Of a stretch of DNA of 64,000 nucleotides, positions 41,199 through 51,700 are shown in pieces. The position numbers were made by a program, and so were the translations under genes. The notes beneath the pieces were generated by a model, which made no database searches, had not been told where the DNA came from, and worked only from the letters and a program-made list of their open reading frames with translations. The number at the start of each line of letters is the position of its first letter. Positions within the stretch are counted from its first letter, which is position 1. This DNA comes from Candidatus Sumerlaeaceae bacterium (GTDB taxonomy: Bacteria; Sumerlaeota; Sumerlaeia; Sumerlaeales; Sumerlaeaceae): positions 84,362 through 148,361 of the forward strand of contig JBMFRB010000009.1 in assembly GCA_049968255.1 (NCBI GenBank), in the 5' to 3' direction.

Positions 41199-42512
41199 CT
41201 ACTTTCCCGGTTCGGTTTGTGGCCTCTCGGCCAGGATTTTGTCCACCGCTTGGGCGGCATCTTTGGCAGCAGAGTCAATGTCCTTGCGCCCGAGCCACAC
41301 TGCTTCAAGTTCTCCTCGAATCGTCTCTTCAATTTTGGCAAAATTGCGGGTGAAATCCAGGGGTTGGGCATAGGCTAGCTGATCGAGGAAGAACTGTTTT
41401 CCCTCAACGCTTCCGTCGAGGTACATGGGCGATTCAGCCACTTCGCGCATAGCAGGAATCGAAGTTCCGGATTTGGCAAGTTGCTCCTGGTACTCGCGAG
41501 AGGCCAGAAATTTCAGAAACTCCCAAGCCGCCTCTTTGTTTTTGCTCTTGGCGTAGATGGCGTTGCCCAGGCCATTGACAGGGGCCGCCTTGCGTTTGCC
41601 TTTCGGTAGCGGCGCGATCGCCCACTGGAAACTTTTCGCCTCCTTGAACGATTTGATCATCCAGGATCCCTCGGGCGACATCGCCACACGCCCCGTCAGA
41701 AACATGTTGCTGCCGAATGTCGAGCTTTGAGCTACGTCGGGAGCGACCTTATGCTTCACCACCAAATCGGAATAGAACCGCAGTGCTTCGATCGCTGCAG
41801 GCTCTGCCAGCATGCATTTCGTACGAGTTTTGTTCAGGATCTCTCCTCCATTTTGCCACACCCAGTATCCCCAGTGTACTTCCATGGAGTCGTAGCCGGC
41901 GTTGAAGCCGAAGATATCCGTGCGGCCATCCTGATTTTCGTCCACAGTGCAAGCTTTCGCCTTTTCGAGGAAATCTTTCCAATCCCAGTCGGGCTTTGGA
42001 AACGCAACACCACGCTTTTGAAAAATTGATTTATTATAATAAATCGCAACGGTGTTACAGTCGCGAGGCAGCGCCCACAAAGCGTTGTTCTCTTGGAAAA
42101 TGGACACAGTCTGCGGATAATAGCGGTCAAGCGAAAGAGAGGTGTCGCGGTCGACCCATGGCTTGAGATTTTCAAGTTGGCCGCGTGCCGCATAGTCATT
42201 CGAGTAACCGCCATTGAGAAGGAAAACGTCCGGGGCTGTCCCGGCGGCCATCTGCGCCTGGAGCTTATTCCAGTATTCTCCCCACGACGCAAACTCGAGC
42301 ACCACCTTAATGTTGGGATGTTTTTTCTCAAATGAGCTCAGAAGCTGGCGCTCCGCTTCGATTTCTTCTGGAAGTCCCCAGCGCGAGTATCGGATCGTTG
42401 TCACACGAGCCTCTGCTGGAGTCCCGGCGTGCTGCTGCGAGCATCCGCCCAATGCCAACACGAGCGCCGTTGCCATGGTTGCTGCCGCCACAAACCCAGC
42501 GTAATTCATCAT
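41199..42512 (-). CDS. Sugar ABC transporter substrate-binding lipoprotein
   Basis: Lipobox LALGGC, FEKKHPNIKV, KLQAQMAAGTAPDVF, IYYNKSIF, AAWEFLKFL. Confidence 0.93.
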   Translation of the reverse strand: MMNYAGFVAAATMATALVLALGGCSQQHAGTPAEARVTTIRYSRWGLPEEIEAERQLLSSFEKKHPNIKVVLEFASWGEYWNKLQAQMAAGTAPDVFLLNGGYSNDYAARGQLENLKPWVDRDTSLSLDRYYPQTVSIFQENNALWALPRDCNTVAIYYNKSIFQKRGVAFPKPDWDWKDFLEKAKACTVDENQDGRTDIFGFNAGYDSMEVHWGYWVWQNGGEILNKTRTKCMLAEPAAIEALRFYSDLVVKHKVAPDVAQSSTFGSNMFLTGRVAMSPEGSWMIKSFKEAKSFQWAIAPLPKGKRKAAPVNGLGNAIYAKSKNKEAAWEFLKFLASREYQEQLAKSGTSIPAMREVAESPMYLDGSVEGKQFFLDQLAYAQPLDFTRNFAKIEETIRGELEAVWLGRKDIDSAAKDAAQAVDKILAERPQTEPGK

Positions 42513-43435
42513 TGTTCTCCCTTCTTTTGAGAAAGCATCCATTCATAGGTTTTCTGAAGGCCGTCATGCAGGCTGATTTGCGGCCTCCACCCCAAGGCCG
42601 CCAGTCGCTCGATCGCCCCCCGCGAGTGACGCACGTCCCCTGGTCGCTCCGCTGCATGCACGATGGGAGAATTCGAGCCTGCAATTTGCCGGATTGTCTT
42701 GGCAAGTTCGTTGATGGTGATTCGTCGGCCAGCAGCCACATTGTACACTCCTTCTCCCTTCTCGGCGGCCAGCAAATTCGCGCTCACGACATCATCGACG
42801 TAAATGAAATCCCTGGTCTGCTCACCATCGCCGAAGATCGTCAACGGCTTGCCTTCAATGGCCCGAGCAAAAAAAATGGAAACAGCTGCGGCATAGGGAC
42901 TCGTGGGATCCTGACGCGGCCCAAACACATTGAAATAACGCAAAGCCACAGTTCGCATCCCGTTCCTTCCATTCGCTAAACTAACATAGTATTCCCCCGC
43001 AAGCTTTGAGATGGCATAGGGCGAGACCGGCGCGGGGAGATCACTCTCCGAATGTTGAGGGCGATCGACATTGCCGTAAATTGCTGACGTAGATGAAAAG
43101 ACAAAAGCTTTCACACCTGCCTGGGCTGCTGCACTGAGCAGAACAATGGTGCCAATCGTATTGATCTGCTCCGCCTCAATGGGGTGTTCCACGCTCTCAG
43201 GCACGCTCACCAAAGCCGCGAGGTGGTGAACGACATCCACGTCGGCTACGGCCTGCTCCACCATCGCTGAATCTGTCACGGATCCTTGAATCAGCTCAAC
43301 GTCCAGGCCAGCGAGGTTTTCCCTTTTCCCCGTGCGAAAATTGTCAAGAATTCGTACCTGCGCGCCTCTTTTTAGCCAAGCATGAGCAATGTGGCTCCCG
43401 ATAAATCCCGCGCCGCCTGTCACAAGGACTTTCAC
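42509..43435 (-). CDS. UDP-hexose/UDP-HexNAc 4-epimerase (GalE/WbpP-like SDR)
   Basis: [61 protein letters not shown] start after GGAGG. Confidence 0.9.
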   Translation of the reverse strand: MKVLVTGGAGFIGSHIAHAWLKRGAQVRILDNFRTGKRENLAGLDVELIQGSVTDSAMVEQAVADVDVVHHLAALVSVPESVEHPIEAEQINTIGTIVLLSAAAQAGVKAFVFSSTSAIYGNVDRPQHSESDLPAPVSPYAISKLAGEYYVSLANGRNGMRTVALRYFNVFGPRQDPTSPYAAAVSIFFARAIEGKPLTIFGDGEQTRDFIYVDDVVSANLLAAEKGEGVYNVAAGRRITINELAKTIRQIAGSNSPIVHAAERPGDVRHSRGAIERLAALGWRPQISLHDGLQKTYEWMLSQKKGEQ

Positions 43436-43913
43436 GCAACCCAACCTCCGACTAGATTTACTGGAACACAACTCTAGGAGGCACAAACAATTTTTCCAGA
43501 AAAATAATCTTCTCCTCTTCCTCGATCTGTGCCATGTGCTTCTGTTTCTTTTGGATCACGTAGCCTGCCGCGGGCGCTCAACTCTTAGAGCCAATCACAG
43601 CGGCCAAGCTCACTCTTCGCCCAGCGAACTTCCAGCAATATCAAAGGTCTGTAAGACGGCGCTCAGCAAAAACGTCATCATCTCCGGCTCACTCGGTTTG
43701 TCCAACTGACCGCAACTCAATACGGACTCATGCGTCGGCTTAGCGAGAACGTTTCTTCCCTTTGTCGCTCAGCTTTGCAGAACACGGCAATATCCTGAAG
43801 ATCAATTTTCCTTGACAAATAAATTATAAGCCTGGCGATAGCTTAACCCAGCGCCTCAAAAACATGGCGTGGTGTGGTTAGCAGAAAGAACGAAAAAAAG
43901 GAGATTGGCTAAC

Positions 43914-46409
43914 ATGATTTCAGGTAGGTGTTTACTACGAACAGCGGTGCTTTTACCAATACTTGGTGCAGCAATCTCTGCGGCATATGCAGGAACGTGG
44001 GCACCAGGTATTCAAATTGACGGTCAATTCGATGATTGGGACGGGCAGGTGCCCGTGCTTGTGAGCGACCCGAGTGGTGACGGAGCCACGCGCGATGTCA
44101 AGGCGGTTTATTTGGCCAACGACGGCCAATACCTTTATGTGCGCATTGAAAGCTATAACAGCGTATCTTATAGCGGCGACGACCTGTCTGGGATAGATGG
44201 CGACAATAACACCGCTACAGGATATAACCTCTTCGGCGTCGGAATCGGCTCGGATACGCTTGTGGCTGGTGGATACGTTTACGGGGAAAAAAGTGGTCAG
44301 TTCAATAGCGGATCCGCCACTCCTTCCACCTTGGTGTGGGCCCAAAGCGGCAACAACATCGAATACCGATTGCCGCTTTCTACAACCATTCCAGGTGACA
44401 TCTCGCAGTCATTCCCGGGTGGGCTGGGCTCGACGATCAAATTTGTTTTCGGCGACGCGTCCGGCTCTTGGGATTATGTGACCCCTACCGCGTACACACT
44501 CTCAACCTCACAATCGTCTATCCCGTCGCCTGTTCTCGAGAGTTTCGACGCCTTCGACTCAACGTCAAATACCTTGCTGCGCAGCCGCGATCTTAGCTCC
44601 TCTGGCTGCAGTGCGTCACGCGATAGTCAGTCGCTCGGTGGTGGCGACTATGCATGTGCAGTCACTCACAGCCTCGACTCCACGGCGTGGAAAGTAAGTT
44701 TGGTGGGTCGGCGGTTTGCCCTGCCGCGCTCCATTGCAGGCCATACGAAGATTACGCTGGACGTTCTTGGTTCCCCGTCGGCCACGAACAAAAACCTGTG
44801 GGTGGGGCTAGTGGATCTGGACGGAACGTATTACGCCACAACTGTGTCTTATCCAACGACCAGCTCTTGGACGACTGTTGATTTGGGTCCCACTTCCACG
44901 TGGCTCAAACAAGCCGATGGTGCGGACGGCATCCTGGATCTTGGCAATATTGTCGAGTGGCGCATCGGTATGCAGAATACTTCCTCCAACCCTGGCGGCA
45001 CCTTCTCCGTGGCGTACAACAACCTCGCAGCTCCTACAGGGGGGACCACAACTGTGATCTATAGTGAGGCGACAGGTGATGTCCCAAATCCAGAGCGCGG
45101 GGTTTACCGCTTCGGTGGGGATATCACGGACACCACCATCGACTATAACACGATGGCTGCAAACGGCTACCGTCTCGTCTATTCGCAGATCCGTCTCGAC
45201 AACTACACGTCGAGCACTATTCCGACGAGCTATCTCACCAGCATAAGCGATGGGTTTGGACGCATCCGAAGTGCGGGCATGAAAAGTATTGTGCGGATTG
45301 TTTACAACAATGACGGCGGCACGGCCTCAACCCCACCCAAAGAGGCATCCCCAACGTACCTCCAGCAGCACCTCAATCAGCTCAAGCCAATCCTCGCAGC
45401 AAACAACGATGTCATCGCGTTCACTTTTGCGGGAATCATCGGGGCATGGGGCGAATGGCATAGCACGTATTACTACAGGGACGATTCGCAGCCCTATCAG
45501 CAATATAACCTTCCCTCTCCTTACTGGCGCAGGCAGGTGATTGACTGGCTGATCGCAGCGTTGCCCGAAAACCAATTCGTCCTCATTCGTCGCCCTTGGT
45601 GGAAAGATCCGGCTTACGGCAGCGATGCTCTTTTCCCGGGGGAGCAGATCACAGAGGAGACGGCTTTTACGACAGCAGGGGTTGCAAGGGTTGGGCACCA
45701 CAATGATGCATTTTTGGCGTCGGCTGACGACTTTGGAACGTATGACTCAAATAACATCGCCGAAAACAAGGCCTTCCTGGCTGGCGATACCTTGTACGTA
45801 CCCATCGGGGGTGAGACCGCGAATTACGATTCCAACTATTTCTCGTGCACCACGTGTGTGAACGAAATGCAGCAACTCCACTGGACGTTTTTCCATGAGG
45901 ATTACTATCCTGACGCTGTGAATGCCCTGAAGAGCCAGGGCTGTTGGGATAACATCAAAGCACATTTGGGCTACCGGCTCGTTCTCACAACTGCGACGCT
46001 GCCGAGCGTCATCCGCGATAATGAGGCCTTCAGCCTGGCCTTCACTGTGGAAAACCGAGGTTGGGCGCCTGCCTACAAACGCCGGCCCATGTATCTCGTT
46101 GTCACCAACGCTGCTACAGGCGATGCCGTCACGAGCGTTGCCTTGTCTTCAGTGGATGTTCGGCGCTGGAAACCTGGACAAAGCATCTCGGTGTCTCTCA
46201 CGACAGCGGTGGATCTGCCAGCCAATCCACCGACGAACATGGGGCTCGCGTTGTGGTTACCGGACGAGAACTCTAATTTGGCAACACGCCCCGAGTATTG
46301 CCTGAGATTTGCAAACGAAGGGACGTGGGATTCCACACGGGGATGGAATGTTTTGACCTCCGGTGGTATCAGCTTGCCTGTTGTCACGAGCTGTCTCGAG
46401 TTTGAGTAA
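43914..46409 (+). CDS. Secreted DUF4874/DUF4832-like putative glycoside hydrolase with two N-terminal accessory domains
   Basis: Signal peptide, PNPERG, GIIGAWGEWH, RVGHHNDAFLAS..DFGTY, IGGET, LGYRL, NRGWAP. N-terminal ~350 aa paralogous to 27335-28492. Ends LPVVTSCLEFE. Confidence 0.8.
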   Translation: MISGRCLLRTAVLLPILGAAISAAYAGTWAPGIQIDGQFDDWDGQVPVLVSDPSGDGATRDVKAVYLANDGQYLYVRIESYNSVSYSGDDLSGIDGDNNTATGYNLFGVGIGSDTLVAGGYVYGEKSGQFNSGSATPSTLVWAQSGNNIEYRLPLSTTIPGDISQSFPGGLGSTIKFVFGDASGSWDYVTPTAYTLSTSQSSIPSPVLESFDAFDSTSNTLLRSRDLSSSGCSASRDSQSLGGGDYACAVTHSLDSTAWKVSLVGRRFALPRSIAGHTKITLDVLGSPSATNKNLWVGLVDLDGTYYATTVSYPTTSSWTTVDLGPTSTWLKQADGADGILDLGNIVEWRIGMQNTSSNPGGTFSVAYNNLAAPTGGTTTVIYSEATGDVPNPERGVYRFGGDITDTTIDYNTMAANGYRLVYSQIRLDNYTSSTIPTSYLTSISDGFGRIRSAGMKSIVRIVYNNDGGTASTPPKEASPTYLQQHLNQLKPILAANNDVIAFTFAGIIGAWGEWHSTYYYRDDSQPYQQYNLPSPYWRRQVIDWLIAALPENQFVLIRRPWWKDPAYGSDALFPGEQITEETAFTTAGVARVGHHNDAFLASADDFGTYDSNNIAENKAFLAGDTLYVPIGGETANYDSNYFSCTTCVNEMQQLHWTFFHEDYYPDAVNALKSQGCWDNIKAHLGYRLVLTTATLPSVIRDNEAFSLAFTVENRGWAPAYKRRPMYLVVTNAATGDAVTSVALSSVDVRRWKPGQSISVSLTTAVDLPANPPTNMGLALWLPDENSNLATRPEYCLRFANEGTWDSTRGWNVLTSGGISLPVVTSCLEFE

Positions 46410-46595
46410 TAAGGCTCAGCTCCGTCCACGACTGATAGCGGCGGATCTCCCCCTTTGGGAGTTCCGCCGCTGTTTTTTCATCGGCGGCGCTTGGTGGGCC
46501 CCGGGGGGGGTATTGTTCTTCCCCTGCACCCAGCCACCAAATTGCGGTTGCACCGCATCTCTCGCTGGTGATTACAATTCTTTTGCTTTTTGCGC

Positions 46596-48458
46596 ATGTC
46601 TGAACTTATTGCTGGCAAATACGAGATTCTCGAAGAGATCGGCCGGGGTGGCATGGGGAGCGTCTACAAGGCGTACCAGCAAAACCTCGATCGCATCGTC
46701 GCCATTAAAATTCTCTCGCCCGAGTTGGCGTCAGATCCAGACTTTCGCGCGCGCTTCCAGCGCGAGGCGAAAATTGTGGCCCGTCTCGTGCATCCAAACA
46801 TCGTGGCCGTTTATGACATCGAACCGCATGCCAACACGTGCTGCATCATTATGGAATACGTGGACGGCCAAAGCCTGCAGAAGCTCATTGAGGCCGCTGC
46901 TCTCGACGAGCGAACCACGTTGCTCATAGGAGCTCAGATTGCGCGTGCTTTGCACTATGCCCATGAGCACGGCGTCATCCATCGCGACGTGAAGCCGGAC
47001 AATATTCTTGTGACGCCCCAGAAAGTGGCGAAAATTACGGATTTTGGCATCGCGCGCTTTCGCGAGGGAAAATTCCGCACACAAACCGGCGTGAGCATGG
47101 GAACGCCGCGCTTCATGTCGCCCGAGCAGCTTACCGGTCACGAGCTCGATGGGCGCTGCGATCTGTATTCGCTGGGTGTGTGCCTGTACTATTGTCTCAC
47201 GGGGCGCGTGCCCTTCGATGGCGAGAACGCCTTTGCTGTGGCCACGCGGCACATTTACGACACACCCACGCTGCCCTCGCAATACAACCCTGCCATCACC
47301 TCTGCAGCCGAGCGCATCATCTTGCGTGCTCTGGAAAAAAACAAGGAGGCCCGCTTCGCCAACGGCGAGGAGATGGCGCGAGCTTTGGAAGAAGCCGCTG
47401 GCGCAAAGGTCCCCATGCTCATCGCCCCCACGGCTGATGCGACGGTGGTGCCGCAAGGCGAGACAAAAATGCTCGATTTTTCCACGCCAGCCCACGCCCC
47501 CGTAGCCAGCCTGTCCTCTGCCACACCGACCGGTATTCGTCGGCTGGAGACCTCACAATCAGAAAAACAACCCCACCCCACAACGCCCGCGTTCCTCGAT
47601 GAATTCGTCGAGCAGGCTATCCCCGAGCATGCTGCGCCGCGACGCAATGAAGGAATTGCCGCACTTCGAGAGTGGATAAAGGCCAATTGGGGCATTGTGG
47701 CGATGGTCGTGATTCTCGTCGGCACCTCGTTCATCGCCCTGCTGCAGCTCAAAGGGCAGGATCGCCTTGGCCAACCGTTGGGACAGGTGAGCGACGATGC
47801 CACAGGCGCTGCAGCGGAAGCGACGTACAAGCAATTGCTCGACGCGGTGGACCGCGACGTGCGCGAAGGCCACCAGCTCGATGCGCTTCAGCGTGTGCAA
47901 GCGTTCAAGACGATGTATCCTAACTACGAGCCAAAGGTCATCGACGCTCTTATCGATCGGCTCACGGCGGGATTGCCTCTGAGCGAGGCGGAGCGGTTGG
48001 CGCAGCGACGCGAACAAAAGGGCAAAAAGCTGCTGGGCGACGCGAAAAAGGCGCCCTTGGCGCGAGCCTATCTGCGCGCGGCGCAAGAACTCTATGCCGG
48101 TCTAGGCAAGATTGGCAGCGCAGGAGAGGGCGTGCTCAGACTGCTTGATCAAGCCACCTCCGCTACACGTCTGACCCAGGTCGAAGCTGAGCAGGCAACA
48201 GTTGCTTTTGAGCGAGCTCGCCGCCGCCTCAATTCGCCCAACGCCGACGAACGCCTTGCCGCTGAGCAGGATCTTATAGATGCGGTGTGCCTCGCTCCAG
48301 AAAAGTTCGAGTACTGGTTAGAACTCGCAAGCTTTTATCGCACAGAAGGACTCCTCGACGATGCACGCGTCCTCCTGCGCTACGTCGAGAACAACGCCCT
48401 GAAGACGAGCGAAGCTTACCAGCGAGCTGCACGCGAGTTGCGCATGCTCGAGCAGTAG
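46596..48458 (+). CDS. Hanks-type Ser/Thr protein kinase with a TM helix and an extracytoplasmic helical/TPR-like domain
   Basis: IGRGGMGSVY, VAIK, HRDVKPDN, DFG, GTPRFMSPEQ, and TM WGIVAMVVILVGTSFIALL. Confidence 0.95.
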   Translation: MSELIAGKYEILEEIGRGGMGSVYKAYQQNLDRIVAIKILSPELASDPDFRARFQREAKIVARLVHPNIVAVYDIEPHANTCCIIMEYVDGQSLQKLIEAAALDERTTLLIGAQIARALHYAHEHGVIHRDVKPDNILVTPQKVAKITDFGIARFREGKFRTQTGVSMGTPRFMSPEQLTGHELDGRCDLYSLGVCLYYCLTGRVPFDGENAFAVATRHIYDTPTLPSQYNPAITSAAERIILRALEKNKEARFANGEEMARALEEAAGAKVPMLIAPTADATVVPQGETKMLDFSTPAHAPVASLSSATPTGIRRLETSQSEKQPHPTTPAFLDEFVEQAIPEHAAPRRNEGIAALREWIKANWGIVAMVVILVGTSFIALLQLKGQDRLGQPLGQVSDDATGAAAEATYKQLLDAVDRDVREGHQLDALQRVQAFKTMYPNYEPKVIDALIDRLTAGLPLSEAERLAQRREQKGKKLLGDAKKAPLARAYLRAAQELYAGLGKIGSAGEGVLRLLDQATSATRLTQVEAEQATVAFERARRRLNSPNADERLAAEQDLIDAVCLAPEKFEYWLELASFYRTEGLLDDARVLLRYVENNALKTSEAYQRAARELRMLEQ

Positions 48459-48767
48459 CATCTGAGTTGGGAAACGGTGCGTGGGCTAGCAAAGCAAAAT
48501 GTCTGCATGCGCTCCCGCAAAATGAGCGTTGACACACCGGTTTGCGGAATTTCTGTTGGCCTCGTCGTTAGACAGTAACGAACGAATCTTGTCCCACGTA
48601 GCCAGAGCGTCGGCTTCGCACAGAAACACGCGAGCGTGGTGCCGGAGATTCATAAGGGCCTGCGACCGAGCTTTTAGGACGACTAACGAAAAGAGGTGCA
48701 CGAAACAAAGCTCCGCGGCGCAGGCAAGTGAGATCACATGCTAAGCAAAGGTTGAGTTTTATTCCGC

Positions 48768-51700
48768 ATGAAAAGAGTTCTGATTAACGTAGAAGATCGC
48801 GAATTGCGTATCGCGATCCTCGAAAACGACCAGCTCACCGAGCTTTATATCGAGTCGCTCGATGACAAAACAATCCTCAATAACATCTACAAGGGGCGAG
48901 TGGAAGGCGTGCTGCCAGGTCTAAGCGCGGCCTTTGTCAATCTTGGCTTCGAGCGTAACGCCTTTTTGCATTTTGATGACGTCCGGCCTGATCTTTTGCT
49001 CGAGCTGAAAGCAAAGCGCGAAGGACGTGAACTTCGCGAGCCACCAGTGGAAATACCCGAAATACCTGCCGAGCCTGGCCAGGAGACTTACCAACCAAGC
49101 CCTGAGGAATTAGAGGTCGTGACTCAGCTTCATGCCGAAGTGCCACCAGAACCTCTAGAACCGGTGGTTGCGGTCGCACCGCAGGGGCAAAGTCAGCGGA
49201 AGCGCCGGCGAGGCCGGCGCGGCGGACGCAATCGCCGCAAGAATCGTCAAAGCGCGCAAGTGTCCGCCCAGGACCAGCTGCTCGCTCAGGCTGCGGAAAC
49301 GGCCACAACGTCAGCGGCAAATGGCTCTGCGCCCGAGTCTCCCGAGCCGAGTCAGAGCACGGACGGCACCCAGACGACTTCCCCTCCACTTGTCGAAGCT
49401 TCCCACGAAATATCCTCAGTTTCCCAGGCCGTTGCTGGCCACGGCCAGCATCAATCGAGTCGCCGCCGCGATCGGCAACGGCAGAAATCGCGGCAAAAGA
49501 AAGAGCAGCGCAGCGGATCCGCCCGGCATCCGCTTGGAACTGTTCCGCCCCCTGGTGCTATTCGTGGCACTCGTGCGGCCACTAATCCATACGATGTTTT
49601 CTCGCCCTTCGCATTGCCGAAGAAACAAAAAACCGAAAAAACCCGTCGCCGCAAAACAGCCCATCCCACGCTGGATCATTTGATCGGTCCCACAACGTTG
49701 CCTCCGGACGTGCCGATCGAAAAAGATTCACAGTTGGATTTCTTTGGGCCAGCAGAACCAGCGGCTGCTCCGACTAACGATGAACCCGTGGAGGAACATC
49801 CACCGGCGACGCCGAGCAGCAGTGCCGTAGAAGATGAGTTCCTCGACGAAGCTAACGGCAATGTCGCCGAAGCTCAGCTGCCAGCAAACCGAAGCAACAA
49901 GACGCGTGGCTCCCAACGCCGGTCCTTGCGACGCAAAGGACCGGCTCAGTATGCCATTCGCCGCAAAAAGTCCGACATGGCAGAGACGACTGAGCAGGCC
50001 GAGAGAACCGAGAGAACTCAAGAAGCGGCAGACGCAGCCTCGAAGAGAAAATCCTCACGTAGCCGCTCGCGCAAAACAGTTGAGCCAGCCCCGCAAGTGG
50101 CGGCCGAACTGTCAGAGCCACAAAGTCCCGTCCAGGCGAATACCCCCGCTGAAACTTCTGACGCGAAGGTTACGCCGCGCAAAACCACCTCGCGAAAGAA
50201 AAAAAAGGAAGGGGCTGCCGATGTTCTGACCGCTTCAGGGTCGCCGGCTGAGCCTGCGAATGACGCAAATGTAGCGGGCGAATCGGCAACCGAGAAAAAA
50301 CCTTCCCGTCGAAGTCGGAAAAAGGCGGTTCCGACGAGCCCAGCCCTCGAAGCCCCTCCCGCCCCAGAATTGCCTACAGTTTCACAAGAGAGTGTTGAGC
50401 CTCCAGTGGAAGAAAAGCCCGCAAAGAAACGGGCGTCCCGTTCCACGCGACGCAAAAAGGAGACTTCCGCAGTTCCAGCACTTGCCGCGGAAGCACCTCC
50501 GGGAGAACTCCACCAGGAGGCGAGCGGACCAGCAGCATTGGAAAGTCGAGGCGAGGAGCTCCCGGCTCCCTCGGAGTCTGCCCCCGAAAAACAGCAAGAT
50601 GTCTCCACGCCTGGCACCTTCATGGGGGAGTCGAGGCCTGCCGACGTGGAAACCGTGCCGGTGGCGCAGGAGTGTCGCGACGCGGGTCTCGAAGAGACTG
50701 GCAGAGGCGAGCCGGTCGCAAGTGCACAGGCTCCGGCTGCCGTGGACGAACGTGATTCGGAGACTGCAGCGCCAGCCTCTGCTGCCGATGAGCAGGTTCT
50801 GCCGACGGCAGAGTCTGTAGCTATCTCGCTACCAGCACCCTCCATAGATTCCGCTGTCCCCGAAGACGTTCCTGCCGCGCTTGCCTCTGCGCCAGTTGCG
50901 CAAGCCGCACCAGAAGCTACCCTGCCGTGTTCCCAAGGGCGGCCTTCATGGCGCGATCGTCGTCATCTTCTTAAGGTTCATGAGGTCATGCGCAAGGGCG
51001 ACGAGATCCTTGTGCAGGTAACGAAAGAAGAAATCGGCGGAAAAGGTGCACGTATTTCCACTTACATCTCGCTGCCAGGCCGCTATCTCGTGCTCTTGCC
51101 TTTTGGCAATAACGAAGGCGGTGTGTCGCGGCGCGTCGAAAGTTACGAAGAACGCCGACGCCTCAAGCGCCTTCAGCGCAAGCTCCGTCATGACCTCGGC
51201 ATCCGGAATATGGGGCTCATCATCAGAACAGCTGGCATGGAGCGCAGTGAACACGAGCTGCGCAAAGATGCCGAGTTTCTCCTCAGTGAATGGCGACGCA
51301 TCCAAGAGCGCGCCGCTTCGAGCAAAGCTCCAGCCTGCGTCTACGACGATAGCGACATCCTCTATCGTTTATGCCGCGACGTTTTCGATGAAAGCATTGA
51401 CGAAATCGTCGTGGATAACCCGGCCTACTACGAAAAAATCCGCAGCATCCTCCAAAACATGATCCCCGAGCTGGTGCCGCGTTTACGCCTCTACGAGGAG
51501 CCGACGAATCTCTTCGTGCGATTCAGCGTGGACGAGAAAATCCGCAAGGCTGGACGACGCAAGGTGTGGCTCAAAAGCGGGGGCTATATCATCATTGACG
51601 AAGCGGAAGCGCTCACCGCGATTGATGTCAACACGGGCAAGTTCGTTGGTAAGGACAATCAGGAGCAGATGATCCTGAAGACGAACCTCGAAGCTGCTCA

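Noticed and set aside
43812-43845. Sigma70 promoter or ROK operator (TTGACAAATAAATTATAAG) upstream of the DUF4832-like gene
   Set aside because: The -35 is perfect but there is no good -10 at 16-18 bp spacing, and I found no convincing shared palindrome with the 37775-38187 region.
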